From the NCBI RefSeq assembly GCF_006345805.1, contig NC_043011.1, forward strand, positions 15,202,464 through 15,266,463: 64,000 nt of DNA, given 5' to 3'. A model generated the notes under the pieces. The model did no database searches. It saw only the letters and a program-made list of their open reading frames with translations, and was not told where the DNA came from. Of this stretch, positions 1 to 10,310 are shown piece after piece. Position 1 is the stretch's first letter. Every line of letters starts with the position of its first letter. This DNA comes from Octopus sinensis (taxonomy: Eukaryota). The position numbers and the translations under genes are program-made.

Positions 1-346
1 ACACCGCCGCCAAGAGACCTCCAAACAAGTCAGGAATACAATTGTAAAGCTCGTAGGGTAGACCATCCAAACCCGGTGATTTGTCCCTCTAGCATTCTGC
101 CATCGCGTCCTGCACTTCCGCCGCCGTGATGGCACCTTCGCAGCACCTTGCCTTTCTTGTCGAGAGTCGTGGTAGGCTATGTAGGTAGGCACTGAAGTCC
201 ACCCTACGTTCTTGCCCTCCACTCGTCCCGAACAGTCGGGCAAAATGCTGCTGAAAGGCCTCACACATTTTACTTGGCTCGAGCAATTCGCGCCCCTGTT
301 CATCTACCAGGGACCGAATGGTGGCTTTGTTGCCCTGTTGCGCCTG
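1..346 (-). mobile_element. 5'-truncated, inverted copy of the same Tx1-like LINE ORF2 (continues beyond the window start); carries a TCG>TAG nonsense change
   Basis: The reverse complement nearly matches 5528-5870 (LEPSKMCEAFQQHFARLF...AEVQ). Codon gcagaatgc-TAG here corresponds to gcagaatgc-TCG in the full copy. Confidence 0.92.
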
Positions 347-719
347 TAAGTCATAGATAATCAGGGAAAGTACATTGATGATTAACTTTCAATTAAATAC
401 AACATTTGATCATTTGTATTCTTTGTCCAAAATTCGGACAGAATTTATGGGATGACCCGAGATATATACACCGACAAAACCTTAATTGAATTTTAAAGGA
501 AGAGATGGAGAAGAAAAAAAAATGGAATACAATAAAATGGTTTTATTGTCAATAGTATCACCATGATATACGCATGGAAATGTTGCTCATAAATTTAGAA
601 TATAGCTGATAATATTGAATATCGATGAATGCTAATAACAGGATATCAAGTTTTAAGTATCTGCAATTGTAATCGCTAGTTTTTTTATTATTCACTCCAC
701 AGGAATGTCTGCAATACCA

Positions 720-945
720 ATACGTACTTAAACACATATATACATACATACATACATACATACATACATACATACATACATACAGAAACACAGAAACGCA
801 TACATAAATACATAAATACATACATACATATATACATACAGAAACACAGAAACACATACATAAATACATACATACATACATACATACATACATGCGTGTT
901 TGTGTATGAGAGAGAGTGATTGTATGTGAGTGTGTATGTGTGAGC
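720..945. repeat. (CATA)n/(TG)n compound microsatellite
   Basis: Directly visible tandem repeats. Confidence 0.9.
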
Positions 946-1124
946 TTGCATGGGTTGTTATTATAGTGATTTAAACATATTAAAAATTTAATCTAAAGTC
1001 TCAGAGAAAAAAAAGTCATATAACCACGTTATTTACTCATTGAGGCCAGATCGCGTGTTTACGTCACCCCCACACATTATGCATATACACACACACAAAC
1101 ACACATACATATACGCGCACGAAC

Positions 1125-1167
<43 letters not shown>

Positions 1168-1611
1168 TCAATTCTCGTTCTTTTGGCTAAGGTGAAACTG
1201 TATATATGTACACACATACAAACACATATATATGCGTACATAGTATTCATGCACACATATATACATTCATACACACTTGCACATACATATCTTTTTGTGC
1301 TTATGTATATATAAGATTGTTACGATCAAAATGAGAATATTTGAAACGTAGTTAACTCTGTGACTACGCCTTTCATACTGCAGAAAAGATATCCAGCTAT
1401 ACTAATCATTGGAGTGTGTCGGAGATCTGAACCTAATATTCATGGACAGAGTAGTGTAATATGGTGATATCAAGTTCTATTTCAACAAACGTTGAAACAA
1501 GAGATAGTTATCGTAACATATTACGTATTTGTTAGAAACTGTTCTGGGTGAGTTATTTCCCTTTGGGTTAGCAAAAGTAACGGTAAAATAGGTGATACGT
1601 GTTAAAATGAG

Positions 1612-1932
1612 CGTACCGAAAAATTTAAAACAGAGGGTTACCCACTCGCAAACAAATGTGGTAACATGTAACATTATTGACCGAGGTTACCGTGGTCTTT
1701 TCCGTAGGCTTTTCTTTCCACGGATAAATCTTATCTGCTTCCCCCTTTATACTTTACATCATGACATTTCTGTGATACACGATCCCTATTGATCTTTTCT
1801 TTTTTTTTCTTTCCCTTTTACGATCCCTTTTGATCGAAAACCTACCCCACTTTTTTTTTCTCCCCAAAAGAAAAGTTCTAGTTTGTAATCTGTCCTGTCT
1901 GTGTGCAGCCCTGTGTGACTAATAAAGAAACA
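1612..1932 (+). mobile_element. 3'-UTR-only (5'-truncated) copy of a related Tx1-like LINE
   Basis: Shares ccgaggttaccgtggtcttttccgtaggc, cgatccctattgatc, cgatcccttttgatcg and tgtgcagccctgtg...aataaagaaaca with 7945-8247. Confidence 0.88.
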
Positions 1933-2022
<90 letters not shown>

Positions 2023-2091
2023 CCTACCTATCTATCTATCTACCTACCTACCTACCTACCTACCTACCTACCTACCTACCTACCTACCTAC

Positions 2092-2134
<43 letters not shown>

Positions 2135-2165
2135 CCTACCTACCCACCTACCTATCTATTTATCT
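1933..2165 (+). repeat. (TATC)n/(TACC)n microsatellite between two LINE copies
   Basis: Directly visible; begins immediately after aataaagaaaca. Confidence 0.95.
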
Positions 2166-2388
2166 CTCTGGACAGACAGACGCAAGTCAAATGGGCTCCA
2201 CGTAAGTTGGTATTTTTGTACGTTCAAAAGTGTATATTGACAAATATTTTGTGTTTAAAAGTTGTGCAACAACATCCCCTGCAAACCTTTGATAAATATC
2301 TACACAAAATTTTGCCCCTTGTGGGCAAAATTTAAAAGAAAAAATTCTCATAGCCTTCGTGGTTCCATTTAGCCATTTTAATTTCAAA

Positions 2389-4041
2389 ATGGCCACTGGT
2401 CACCACGAGGCTGAGGTGCAAGTCAAGCGTGACGCAGAGACAAAAAAACAGGATGCCCTGCTAGCATACGCTGAACCTGACAACAACACCACCACCACCA
2501 CCACCATCAGCATCGACAACAGCAACAACTATAAAACAAAGGTCGTAAGGCCAAGCACCGTCACCACCATCAACACCGACACCACCACCATAGCAGCTTC
2601 TGCTACGACAACTGCTTCCTCTACCACCAACAACAAAACCAAGGTCACCGACACCCTTCTTGACGACGTTGAGTTCCCCACACTGCCTCTACCACAATCT
2701 CATAAAGCAGGGGAAATGGGGGAAAACAACACGAATGCAAATGTGAGCATGGACGCTAACATCGCGACCTCCACTCACAAACTCGTAAACAACCCAACTT
2801 CACAGTTTACTACTACGACGAACGACTCTGCCACAAACATCACCACCACCACCACCACCTCCACAAAAAACAATTTCGCGGAAGCCATACGACCGAAAAG
2901 AAGGATCTTAAAATTTACTCACCAACAAATACAAGACACAAAGTCCTTGCTCACAAGAGAAGGCGACACAATACATTTAAATATTCCACGGAACATCATA
3001 GAAGAAACACAAAAGAGGACCATCATTTACAGAATACTCAACACCAAAACAAAAAAACCGGAAAGCCTACCTAAAGAAAAAATTGAAAAGTGCCTCTCTT
3101 CCGTGTGGAAATTCCGAAATTATGTGAATTGGGGAAGTAAATTTGCTACCGTGCAAGTTCACTTCCATACGGAAGAACTAGCAAAAAGGTTTTCAACCCT
3201 TACTCTGCGCACAGACCAGGTAACAATGGTACTAAGCTACCTTGGGCGCAGAATTACGAAAGTCACAATAAATATTGTGCCACCAATGGTGAATACCCAG
3301 TGGCTGGTATCGGCCATCTGCTCCGATATAGAAGAAGCAGATATTTTAGAAACAGCTGACATTCCAGAGGAAAGCTGGACGGGTAAAAAACTAGAAATAT
3401 TTCTTCAAATCTCCCAAGAAGTAATAAACAATTTACCAGCCTTTGTTCAACTGGCAAACGACCAAAAAGTGTATGTAGTGGTGGAGGGCAGGAGACCAAG
3501 ATGCTATTTATGCAACAGTGAGGCACACCTTAGATACGAGTGCCCAACTGCTGTCAGAAATAGGCAACAGCAACCACTCCCCAAACCTGGAAGGAAACCC
3601 CTGCTACCCACACCTCCTTCAACCCAAAAGACAGGAAAAACAGCGGACGATACAAAAACTGTTTCCCCCTCACCAACCACATCACCAAGAAGAGAATTAC
3701 CTCCGACATCGCAACCAACAAAAGAAGCAACATCACCATCAACATTAAAAGACAAACCAACACCAGCACCAAGAACAACAACCAAAAAAACAAATATCAA
3801 TGACGAAAAGCCAAATTCTGCCCCTAACACCCCAACAACACAAACACCACACAAAACAACAACACCTTCTACAAACACACATATAGATCCAAACGCTTTG
3901 CCTTTACCCTCTTCTGATTCGGACACGTCGTCCAACGACGAAAGTTCGACGGAATGGCAAATAGCCACAGGGGGTAAAAGGAAAAGACCCAAAAAACCCC
4001 AAAGAAAACGCAATCAAAGCAGGGAGATACCTGAACCCTGA
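2389..4041 (+). CDS. LINE ORF1 nucleic-acid-binding protein (Thr-rich N-terminus, central RRM-like region, CX2CX4HX4C knuckle at 3502-3543, basic KRKRPKKP motif)
   Basis: First ATG at 2389 in the 2359-4041 ORF; knuckle RCYLCNSEAHLRYEC; lies upstream of ORF2. Confidence 0.88.
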   Translation: MATGHHEAEVQVKRDAETKKQDALLAYAEPDNNTTTTTTISIDNSNNYKTKVVRPSTVTTINTDTTTIAASATTTASSTTNNKTKVTDTLLDDVEFPTLPLPQSHKAGEMGENNTNANVSMDANIATSTHKLVNNPTSQFTTTTNDSATNITTTTTTSTKNNFAEAIRPKRRILKFTHQQIQDTKSLLTREGDTIHLNIPRNIIEETQKRTIIYRILNTKTKKPESLPKEKIEKCLSSVWKFRNYVNWGSKFATVQVHFHTEELAKRFSTLTLRTDQVTMVLSYLGRRITKVTINIVPPMVNTQWLVSAICSDIEEADILETADIPEESWTGKKLEIFLQISQEVINNLPAFVQLANDQKVYVVVEGRRPRCYLCNSEAHLRYECPTAVRNRQQQPLPKPGRKPLLPTPPSTQKTGKTADDTKTVSPSPTTSPRRELPPTSQPTKEATSPSTLKDKPTPAPRTTTKKTNINDEKPNSAPNTPTTQTPHKTTTPSTNTHIDPNALPLPSSDSDTSSNDESSTEWQIATGGKRKRPKKPQRKRNQSREIPEP

Positions 4042-4375
4042 AAGCTCCATACACAACCAAACAAGCACCAACACCACAAAAACACACACAATGCTATCAG
4101 CGATAGACACAAAAGACTCCAAACTAATGGAGTATATCACAGGCTACACAAACATCTGTGAAGATGACTTCAAAACTAACAACCATCCACGCACTACACC
4201 ACCCAAACACATCAAAATACTACACATTACACAAACACAACACCACAAACTCAAAGCCCTCTTCCAAAATGCTGTAGGGGGTTTCCAAAAATATCTGTCC
4301 CAAAAACTTTATGGAAACCTCCTCGAAGACACATCAAAGAACGAGGAAGCCAAAACTTTCGACACAAGTAAGTAA
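3965..4375 (+). CDS. Probable frameshifted C-terminal extension of ORF1 (+1 frame, open from 3965; 94 aa from ATG 4091)
   Basis: The +1 frame has no stop from 3965 to 4375, overlaps the ORF1 end, and stops 50 nt before the ORF2 ATG. Confidence 0.5.
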   Translation, partial: PQGVKGKDPKNPKENAIKAGRYLNPESSIHNQTSTNTTKTHTMLSAIDTKDSKLMEYITGYTNICEDDFKTNNHPRTTPPKHIKILHITQTQHHKLKALFQNAVGGFQKYLSQKLYGNLLEDTSKNEEAKTFDTSK

Positions 4376-4425
4376 CTCTCTGTACTTTCCTTTTTGTGTT
4401 TCAAAGCACACACCCCAATAGAATC

Positions 4426-7400
4426 ATGGTCAAGATTGGTTGTGTGAATGCGCGTGGTTTGGGGTCTCCTTGGAAACAAGGATACCTCCTGAATGACATC
4501 AAGTCACATGATTTGGGAATCATAGCCATAAGTGAGACCAGACTCCACGAGCCACGGGCCCTAAAGTCCATGTTTGGCGGACAGTTTAACATTTATTTCG
4601 CTCCCTGTCTGCCGAGGATGGGCGGTAATGGCACCGCGGTACTTTTTCACAAGAGCCTGGATCTCGAAGTCAAGACGATATTCGTAGACCCGGAGGGTAG
4701 ACTGGTCGTTCTGGATGTTGACGGCAGCAATGGGTGCGCTTTTCGACTCGTATCAGTCTACGCACCGCCCTTAACAGGTCGGGCGGATTTCTTTCGACGT
4801 CTAGAAGTATTCTTGGGAACGTCTCGTCCTTTACTCTTAGTGGGGGATTGGAATGCTACCTTGGACACGCATGTAGACTACGTGGGTAGAGACAGAAACA
4901 GAAGGGGATGCAAATGCCTCAGAGACCTGCTCAGACGATTCCAACTGTCTGACAGGTACCGACTCGACCACCCAAATGCACCAACGTGGACATGGAGCAA
5001 CCGCAGTGGGTCGTCGAGATCGTATCTAGATAGGATACTGTGTAGGACAGTAGACAAGGATAACTTAGGATGTCCACAATTCCACACAGTCAGCTACACG
5101 GATCACAAATTGGTGACGTGTACGCTAGACTTAGATAAGGCACATAGACAGGGTCCGGGGTACTGGAAACTGAACGCATCATTCCCGTCCAGACAAGTTT
5201 TCAGAGACCGGATTAGCACACTAGTAAAGAGGGCTTTGACGGGAGACATCATCAACAACAAATGGTGGTTTGCCCTCAAGAGAGCAGTAAAAGCAGAAGC
5301 GATTAGGTACAGCAAAGCACTAGCCATATATAGAAATAGAGTAGAGGGTGAGCTAGTTAAGAAGCTAGAAGAGGCAATTAGAAGCGGCATCGCATCCGAC
5401 GTTTTGGCGGCGAGGTTGGCCCTCGACCAACACTTCAACGCCAAACACGAAGGATGTGCTGTCAGAGCTAGGATGCGTGCTCTAAGGAACGAAGGTGTTG
5501 GAGCCGCGAGAGAGGCCTGGGTGGCAGAGGCGCAACAGGGCAACAAAGCCACCATTCGGTCACTGGTAGATGAACAGGGGCGCGAATTGCTCGAGCCAAG
5601 TAAAATGTGTGAGGCCTTTCAGCAGCATTTTGCCCGACTGTTCGGGACGAGTGGAGGGCAAGAACGTAGGGTGGACTTCAGTGCCTACCTACATAGCCTG
5701 CCACGACTCTCGACAAGAAAGGCAGGGTGCTGCGAAGGTGCCATCACGGCGGCGGAAGTGCAGGAAGCGATAGCAGAATGCTCGAGGGACAAATCACCGG
5801 GTTTGGATGGTCTACCCTACGAGCTTTACAATTGTATGCCAGACTTGTTTGGAGACGTCTTGGCAGCGGTATACTGCAACTGGCAGCAAAAGGGGAGCAT
5901 ACCCAGTTTTGTGAGTCGAGGAGCTGTAACACTGCTGAAGAAAGATCCAAACAAGGGGAACATTATAGATAACTTTAGACCAATCACTCTGCTCAATGCA
6001 GACCTAAAAATTTTGACAAAGGTGTTAGCCAAGAGGTTGGCGCTTGTCATCGAGAAACTGGTCGACAACGCACAAACGTGCGCCGTGCCGGGCCGGACCA
6101 TCCATGACAACCTCCATCTGTTGCGCTACATCATAGACAGGGTAGTTAACGAACCTGGCATGGGTGGGGCCCTGATCAACTTGGATCAATCGAAAGCCTT
6201 CGATAGGGTAGACCATCGATACTTGGAGGCAGTCCTGAGAGCGGCTGGTTTCGGTCCCGTCTTCCGCGGCTGGATAGCTGCCTTGTCCAGAGGCATCCGT
6301 TCGGTAATTCGCGTTAATGGACATCTATCGAGACCTTTCGACATTGCACTTTCGGTCCGTCAGGGATGCCCCCTCTCGGCGCTTCTATACGTATTGACTC
6401 TTGAGCCATTATTGCGGAAGCTGGCGACTCTGAGGGGCATCCCGCGAGAATCGGGATGCGGGACGAGCGTGTCTGCATACGCGGACGACGTCACCGTCAT
6501 AGTGTCAAGCCACGAGCACATCGAGCGGGTCGGCGAGACACTGAAAGACTACGAAGCGGTGACAGGAGCAAAAATCAACCGGGAAAAGTCAGTGGGCTTG
6601 CGGCTCGGCACCTGGAGAAGCAAGCCCATGCCGTCCACCAGTACCTCCGTCGTGGGACGCTGGACAGACGGCCCGGTTGAGTTGCTCGGGGTCTGGTTCG
6701 GTCCGGACCTCCAAATGGAGAAGAACTGGAACGAGATAACGAGTAGGGTGGTCACTCTCGCCCAGCAATGGGCCGAGAGGAAACTGTCCCTAAAAGGTCG
6801 GGCGGAGGTGGCGAACGCGTACATCGCGTCCATCATCTACTACCGTCTGACCGTCGTACCTTGTCCCGACCCTACCATCACCAAACTAGAACGCATCCTC
6901 TTCCGCTTCTTGTGGAAAGGATGCGTCCCGATGGTCGGACGGTCCATTTGCTGTCAACACCCGTTAAAAGGAGGGCTGGGCATGCCGTGGTTGATGATGC
7001 GCAGACACGCGCTGAGACTGCGACATCTCCGGCTCTATGTAGACGACGGTGAACAGGTGTGGTCGCCGTTTGTGAAGCACGCATTCCCGCAACTTGTCTC
7101 CATGACCGAACTGCAGTCGTGGATCAAAAAGAGGCCGAGGAAGAGCGAATGGCACCGCGAGTGTCGCGTTGCTCTCAAGCAACTCTGCCGTCCCGGGTCG
7201 ACCTTGAGTGACTTCAACACAACCAAAGCATTCTATAGGGGATTAGTGGAGAGGAGGTACGACGACGATCTCGGGGCAAACCTGGGCGTCGACGAGGAAT
7301 ACCTGACCCGCCTGTTTCAAACGACTTTCGGCCCGGGACCTATGGACAACTTCCAGAGATCCCTGGCCTGGCAGTGCTACCGAGAAGCACTACCCGTTCG

Positions 7401-7863
7401 GGATAAGCTCTATAGGCATGGCTCGAGAAACACGCGGCCGACCTGCCCGAGATGCGGTCAGAGCGACGAAACCGCTCTGCACGCAATCGTGCAGTGTCCA
7501 GCATTTTCCCACCTGTGGGCTTATGTCGAACGCCTGCTGTCACGTGTGGGACGTGTCGGTTTATCAGCCGAGTCTATCGTTAATATCGTCATGCCTCCTT
7601 CCTTCAAACGGGAAGGAAGAGCTATTTTTATCATACTTGTGGCTATGGCGAAAGAATGTATCTGGTGGACGCGCCTGAAAGGATTAGAGACAAACACTTT
7701 CCTCTCTGGTCAATCTCTCATCAACTTCTTCAAGTATCACTTGAGGAGGAAAGTGAGAGTAGAGAGGCAAGTTTTGTCTAGTGAATGTTTTAAAAAAAGA
7801 TGGGTGAATGTAGCAAGGATGGCACGTATGAATGACGAAGCCACCTTGACTATGATTCTATGA
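4426..7863 (+). CDS. LINE ORF2: apurinic-like endonuclease + reverse transcriptase + C-terminal zinc finger (Tx1/L1 type)
   Basis: EN motifs GCVNARGL, ISETR, VYAP, GDWNA, YLDRIL, TDH, GYWKLN. RT motifs KSPGLDG, FRPITLLNADLKI, LDQSKAFDRV, VRQGCPLS, YADD. C-terminal CPRCGQSDETALHAIVQC. No internal stops. Confidence 0.97.
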   Translation: MVKIGCVNARGLGSPWKQGYLLNDIKSHDLGIIAISETRLHEPRALKSMFGGQFNIYFAPCLPRMGGNGTAVLFHKSLDLEVKTIFVDPEGRLVVLDVDGSNGCAFRLVSVYAPPLTGRADFFRRLEVFLGTSRPLLLVGDWNATLDTHVDYVGRDRNRRGCKCLRDLLRRFQLSDRYRLDHPNAPTWTWSNRSGSSRSYLDRILCRTVDKDNLGCPQFHTVSYTDHKLVTCTLDLDKAHRQGPGYWKLNASFPSRQVFRDRISTLVKRALTGDIINNKWWFALKRAVKAEAIRYSKALAIYRNRVEGELVKKLEEAIRSGIASDVLAARLALDQHFNAKHEGCAVRARMRALRNEGVGAAREAWVAEAQQGNKATIRSLVDEQGRELLEPSKMCEAFQQHFARLFGTSGGQERRVDFSAYLHSLPRLSTRKAGCCEGAITAAEVQEAIAECSRDKSPGLDGLPYELYNCMPDLFGDVLAAVYCNWQQKGSIPSFVSRGAVTLLKKDPNKGNIIDNFRPITLLNADLKILTKVLAKRLALVIEKLVDNAQTCAVPGRTIHDNLHLLRYIIDRVVNEPGMGGALINLDQSKAFDRVDHRYLEAVLRAAGFGPVFRGWIAALSRGIRSVIRVNGHLSRPFDIALSVRQGCPLSALLYVLTLEPLLRKLATLRGIPRESGCGTSVSAYADDVTVIVSSHEHIERVGETLKDYEAVTGAKINREKSVGLRLGTWRSKPMPSTSTSVVGRWTDGPVELLGVWFGPDLQMEKNWNEITSRVVTLAQQWAERKLSLKGRAEVANAYIASIIYYRLTVVPCPDPTITKLERILFRFLWKGCVPMVGRSICCQHPLKGGLGMPWLMMRRHALRLRHLRLYVDDGEQVWSPFVKHAFPQLVSMTELQSWIKKRPRKSEWHRECRVALKQLCRPGSTLSDFNTTKAFYRGLVERRYDDDLGANLGVDEEYLTRLFQTTFGPGPMDNFQRSLAWQCYREALPVRDKLYRHGSRNTRPTCPRCGQSDETALHAIVQCPAFSHLWAYVERLLSRVGRVGLSAESIVNIVMPPSFKREGRAIFIILVAMAKECIWWTRLKGLETNTFLSGQSLINFFKYHLRRKVRVERQVLSSECFKKRWVNVARMARMNDEATLTMIL

Positions 7864-8247
7864 ACCATAAAAATTAATACAGAGAGTTGCTTATTTGCAA
7901 AAAAAAAAATAAATAAAAGAAAGAAATATAACATGTGACTTCATTGACCGAGGTTACCGTGGTCTTTTCCGTAGGCTTTTCTTTCCACGGGTAAACCTCA
8001 CCTGTCCTCCTCTTTACACTTCATATTGACATTTCTGTGATAACGATCCCTATTGATCTATTTTTTTTCCTCTCCCCCTTTTTTTAACCCCCCTTTTTTT
8101 GTCCTCTTTCTCTCCTTTTACGATCCCTTTTGATCGAACACCCCTCTTTTTTTTTTTAATTTTTTTAATTTTTTACCTTCAAAAGAAAAGCTCTACCTTG
8201 TAATTTATTCTATCTGTGTGCAGCCCTGTGTGGCTAATAAAGAAACA

Positions 8248-8302
8248 TATCTAACTATCTATCTATCTATATATCTACCTACATACATACATACCTACCT
8301 AC

Positions 8303-8347
<45 letters not shown>

Positions 8348-8348
8348 A
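8248..8348 (+). repeat. (TATC)n/(TACM)n microsatellite at the LINE 3' end
   Basis: Directly visible after aataaagaaaca. Confidence 0.95.
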
Positions 8349-8815
8349 GAAATTGAAAAGAGAGGGTTACCCACTTGCAAACAAATGTGGTAACATATTA
8401 CAATGTTGACCAAGGTTACCGTGGTCTTTTTCGTAGGCTTTTCTTCCCACGGATAAACCTTACTTGCTTTCCCCTTTACACCATATATCATAACACTGTG
8501 ATACACGATCCCTATTGATCGTTTTTTTTCCTCTTCCCCTTTTTTCCCCTTTTTTCTTCTTTTTTCATTTCTCATTTCTTTTGTTCCTTTTCCTTTTCTT
8601 CTTTTTTTTTATTTTTATTTTATTTTTTTATTTATTTATTTTTTTGTTCTTTATTTGCCTTTTACGATTCCTCTTGATCGAAAACCTACGCCATTCCTTT
8701 TTTTTTGTTTCTTTTGTTTTTTGTTTTTTTCATCCCCCAAAAGAAAAGCTCTACCTTGTAACTTGTCCCATCTGTGTGCAGCCCTGTGTGGCCACTAAAG
8801 AAACTTATCTATCTA
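8349..8815 (+). mobile_element. Second 3'-UTR-only copy of a related Tx1-like LINE, ending in TATCTATCTA
   Basis: Same conserved 3'UTR blocks; its start (agagggttacccacttgcaaacaaatgtgg) matches the 1630-1660 region. Confidence 0.88.
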
Positions 8816-9040
8816 GTAATATACACTCTTTCAAAAGCTAATGGAGTCTTGTTAAAATTTTAGAATATTAAAATAATGTGCTACTTTGATTATAAATTTA
8901 GAAATGTAAGTCTAAAAATAGTAAAATTTTAATAAAATTGAAATTGTAAAGGATGGAAAATTGTAAAGGATGGGAAAGTGATGGTGGATCTATTATTGCA
9001 TAATAGATCCATCCAGTTATGAAAGAGTGCATATTAACAG

Positions 9041-9460
9041 CTTTACTCTTTACTCTTACTCTTTTACTTGTTTCAATCATTTGACTGTGGCCATGCTGGA
9101 GCACCGCCTTTAGTCGAGCAATTCGACCCCAGCACTTGTTCTTTGTAATGTAAGCCTAGTGCTTATTCTATCGGTCTCTTTTGCCAAACCGCTAAGTTAC
9201 GGGTACGTAAACACACCAGCATCGGTTTTCAAGCGATGTTGGGGGGGGGGTACAAATACAGACACACAAGCACATACACACGCATATATATATACATATA
9301 TACGACAGGCTTCTTTCAGTTTCCATCTACCAAATCCACTCACAAGGTCGGCCCCATGATATAGTAGAATACACTTGCCCAAGGTGCCACGGAGTGGGAC
9401 TGAAGCCATAACCATGTGTTTGGTAAGCAAGCTACTTACCACAGAGCCACTCCTACGCCT
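9041..9460 (-). mobile_element. SINE family B (tRNA-like head, internal AT/GT microsatellite, GTAAAAGA tail)
   Basis: Reverse complement matches 58158-58567. Confidence 0.85.
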
Positions 9461-9650
9461 GTTGAAAAAAGAAACACTTTCAGGTAACTTCCGATTGGAT
9501 ACTCTTACTCGTTCTTTGAATGCTCAAATACAGTGGAGGTACATCTGTTGTACTTTCGTGTAAGCGGAGAAAGAATTCTGGCTAGAATATTGGATTTCAA
9601 ATTTAACCTTCCCTATATTGATCCAATATCAACATAGGGAAGGTTTTGAA

Positions 9651-9880
9651 GGCGGCGAGCTGGCAGAAACGTTAGCACGCCGGGCGAAATGTGTAGCCGT
9701 AATTCGTCTGCCGTTACGTTCTGAGTTCAAATTCCGCCGAAGTCGAGTTTGCCTTTCCTCCTTTTGGGGTCGATAAATTAAGGACCATTTACGCACTGGG
9801 GTCGATGTAATCGACTTAATCCGTTTGTCTGTCCTAGTTTGTCCTCTCTGTGTTTAGCTCCTTGTGGGTAAAGAAATAAA
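9651..9880 (+). mobile_element. SINE family A monomer (tRNA-derived head ggcggcgagctggcagaa, B-box gttcaaattcc)
   Basis: Same sequence recurs at 22881, 32878, 34724, 37819 and 49083. Confidence 0.88.
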
Positions 9881-10310
9881 TATAGCGATGGTGAACTTTG
9901 CTGCTTGGTTAATTTCTTCAGAGTTACATGATTAGGTTAGCCCGCATGCAGTTTTATTTATGTATGAACAAAAACTTCCGTAGCTTTGTTTTGATTTATT
10001 TTTGTTAATAATTTCCTGCAGCTATGTTTAACATGGAGATTTTCATTTGGTAAGGCTAGGCATATTTTGTTATGTTAGAATAATCATTTAGCGGAAATAA
10101 AGTGTAAATCATTTAATGTTACAGCACTTCTCCTGCCAGTAAGGTGGTGGAGAGTTTTGAAGTAAATTTACACGCATCTATATATTCGCTAATTTCCAGT
10201 GCATCTTTAATACATTATAAATATTGGAAAAAGCTTAAGTGTTATTAATTCCAGTCAATTGCACTCAATTTTTAATATCGTAGTGAAAAATTCTTTCTTT
10301 TGTGCTTTTA

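Larger units (their letters stand above)
2166..8247 (+). mobile_element. Near full-length Tx1/L1-clade non-LTR retrotransposon (5'UTR-ORF1-ORF2-3'UTR) embedded in TATC repeats
   Basis: Two long ORFs with gag-like CCHC and APE+RT+zf motifs; AATAAA at 8236; TATC arrays on both flanks. The 5' boundary is approximate. Confidence 0.93.

Noticed and set aside
3263-7543. Many short antisense or alternate-frame ORFs overlapping ORF1/ORF2
   Set aside because: Expected shadows of long GC-balanced coding sequence; no independent motifs.
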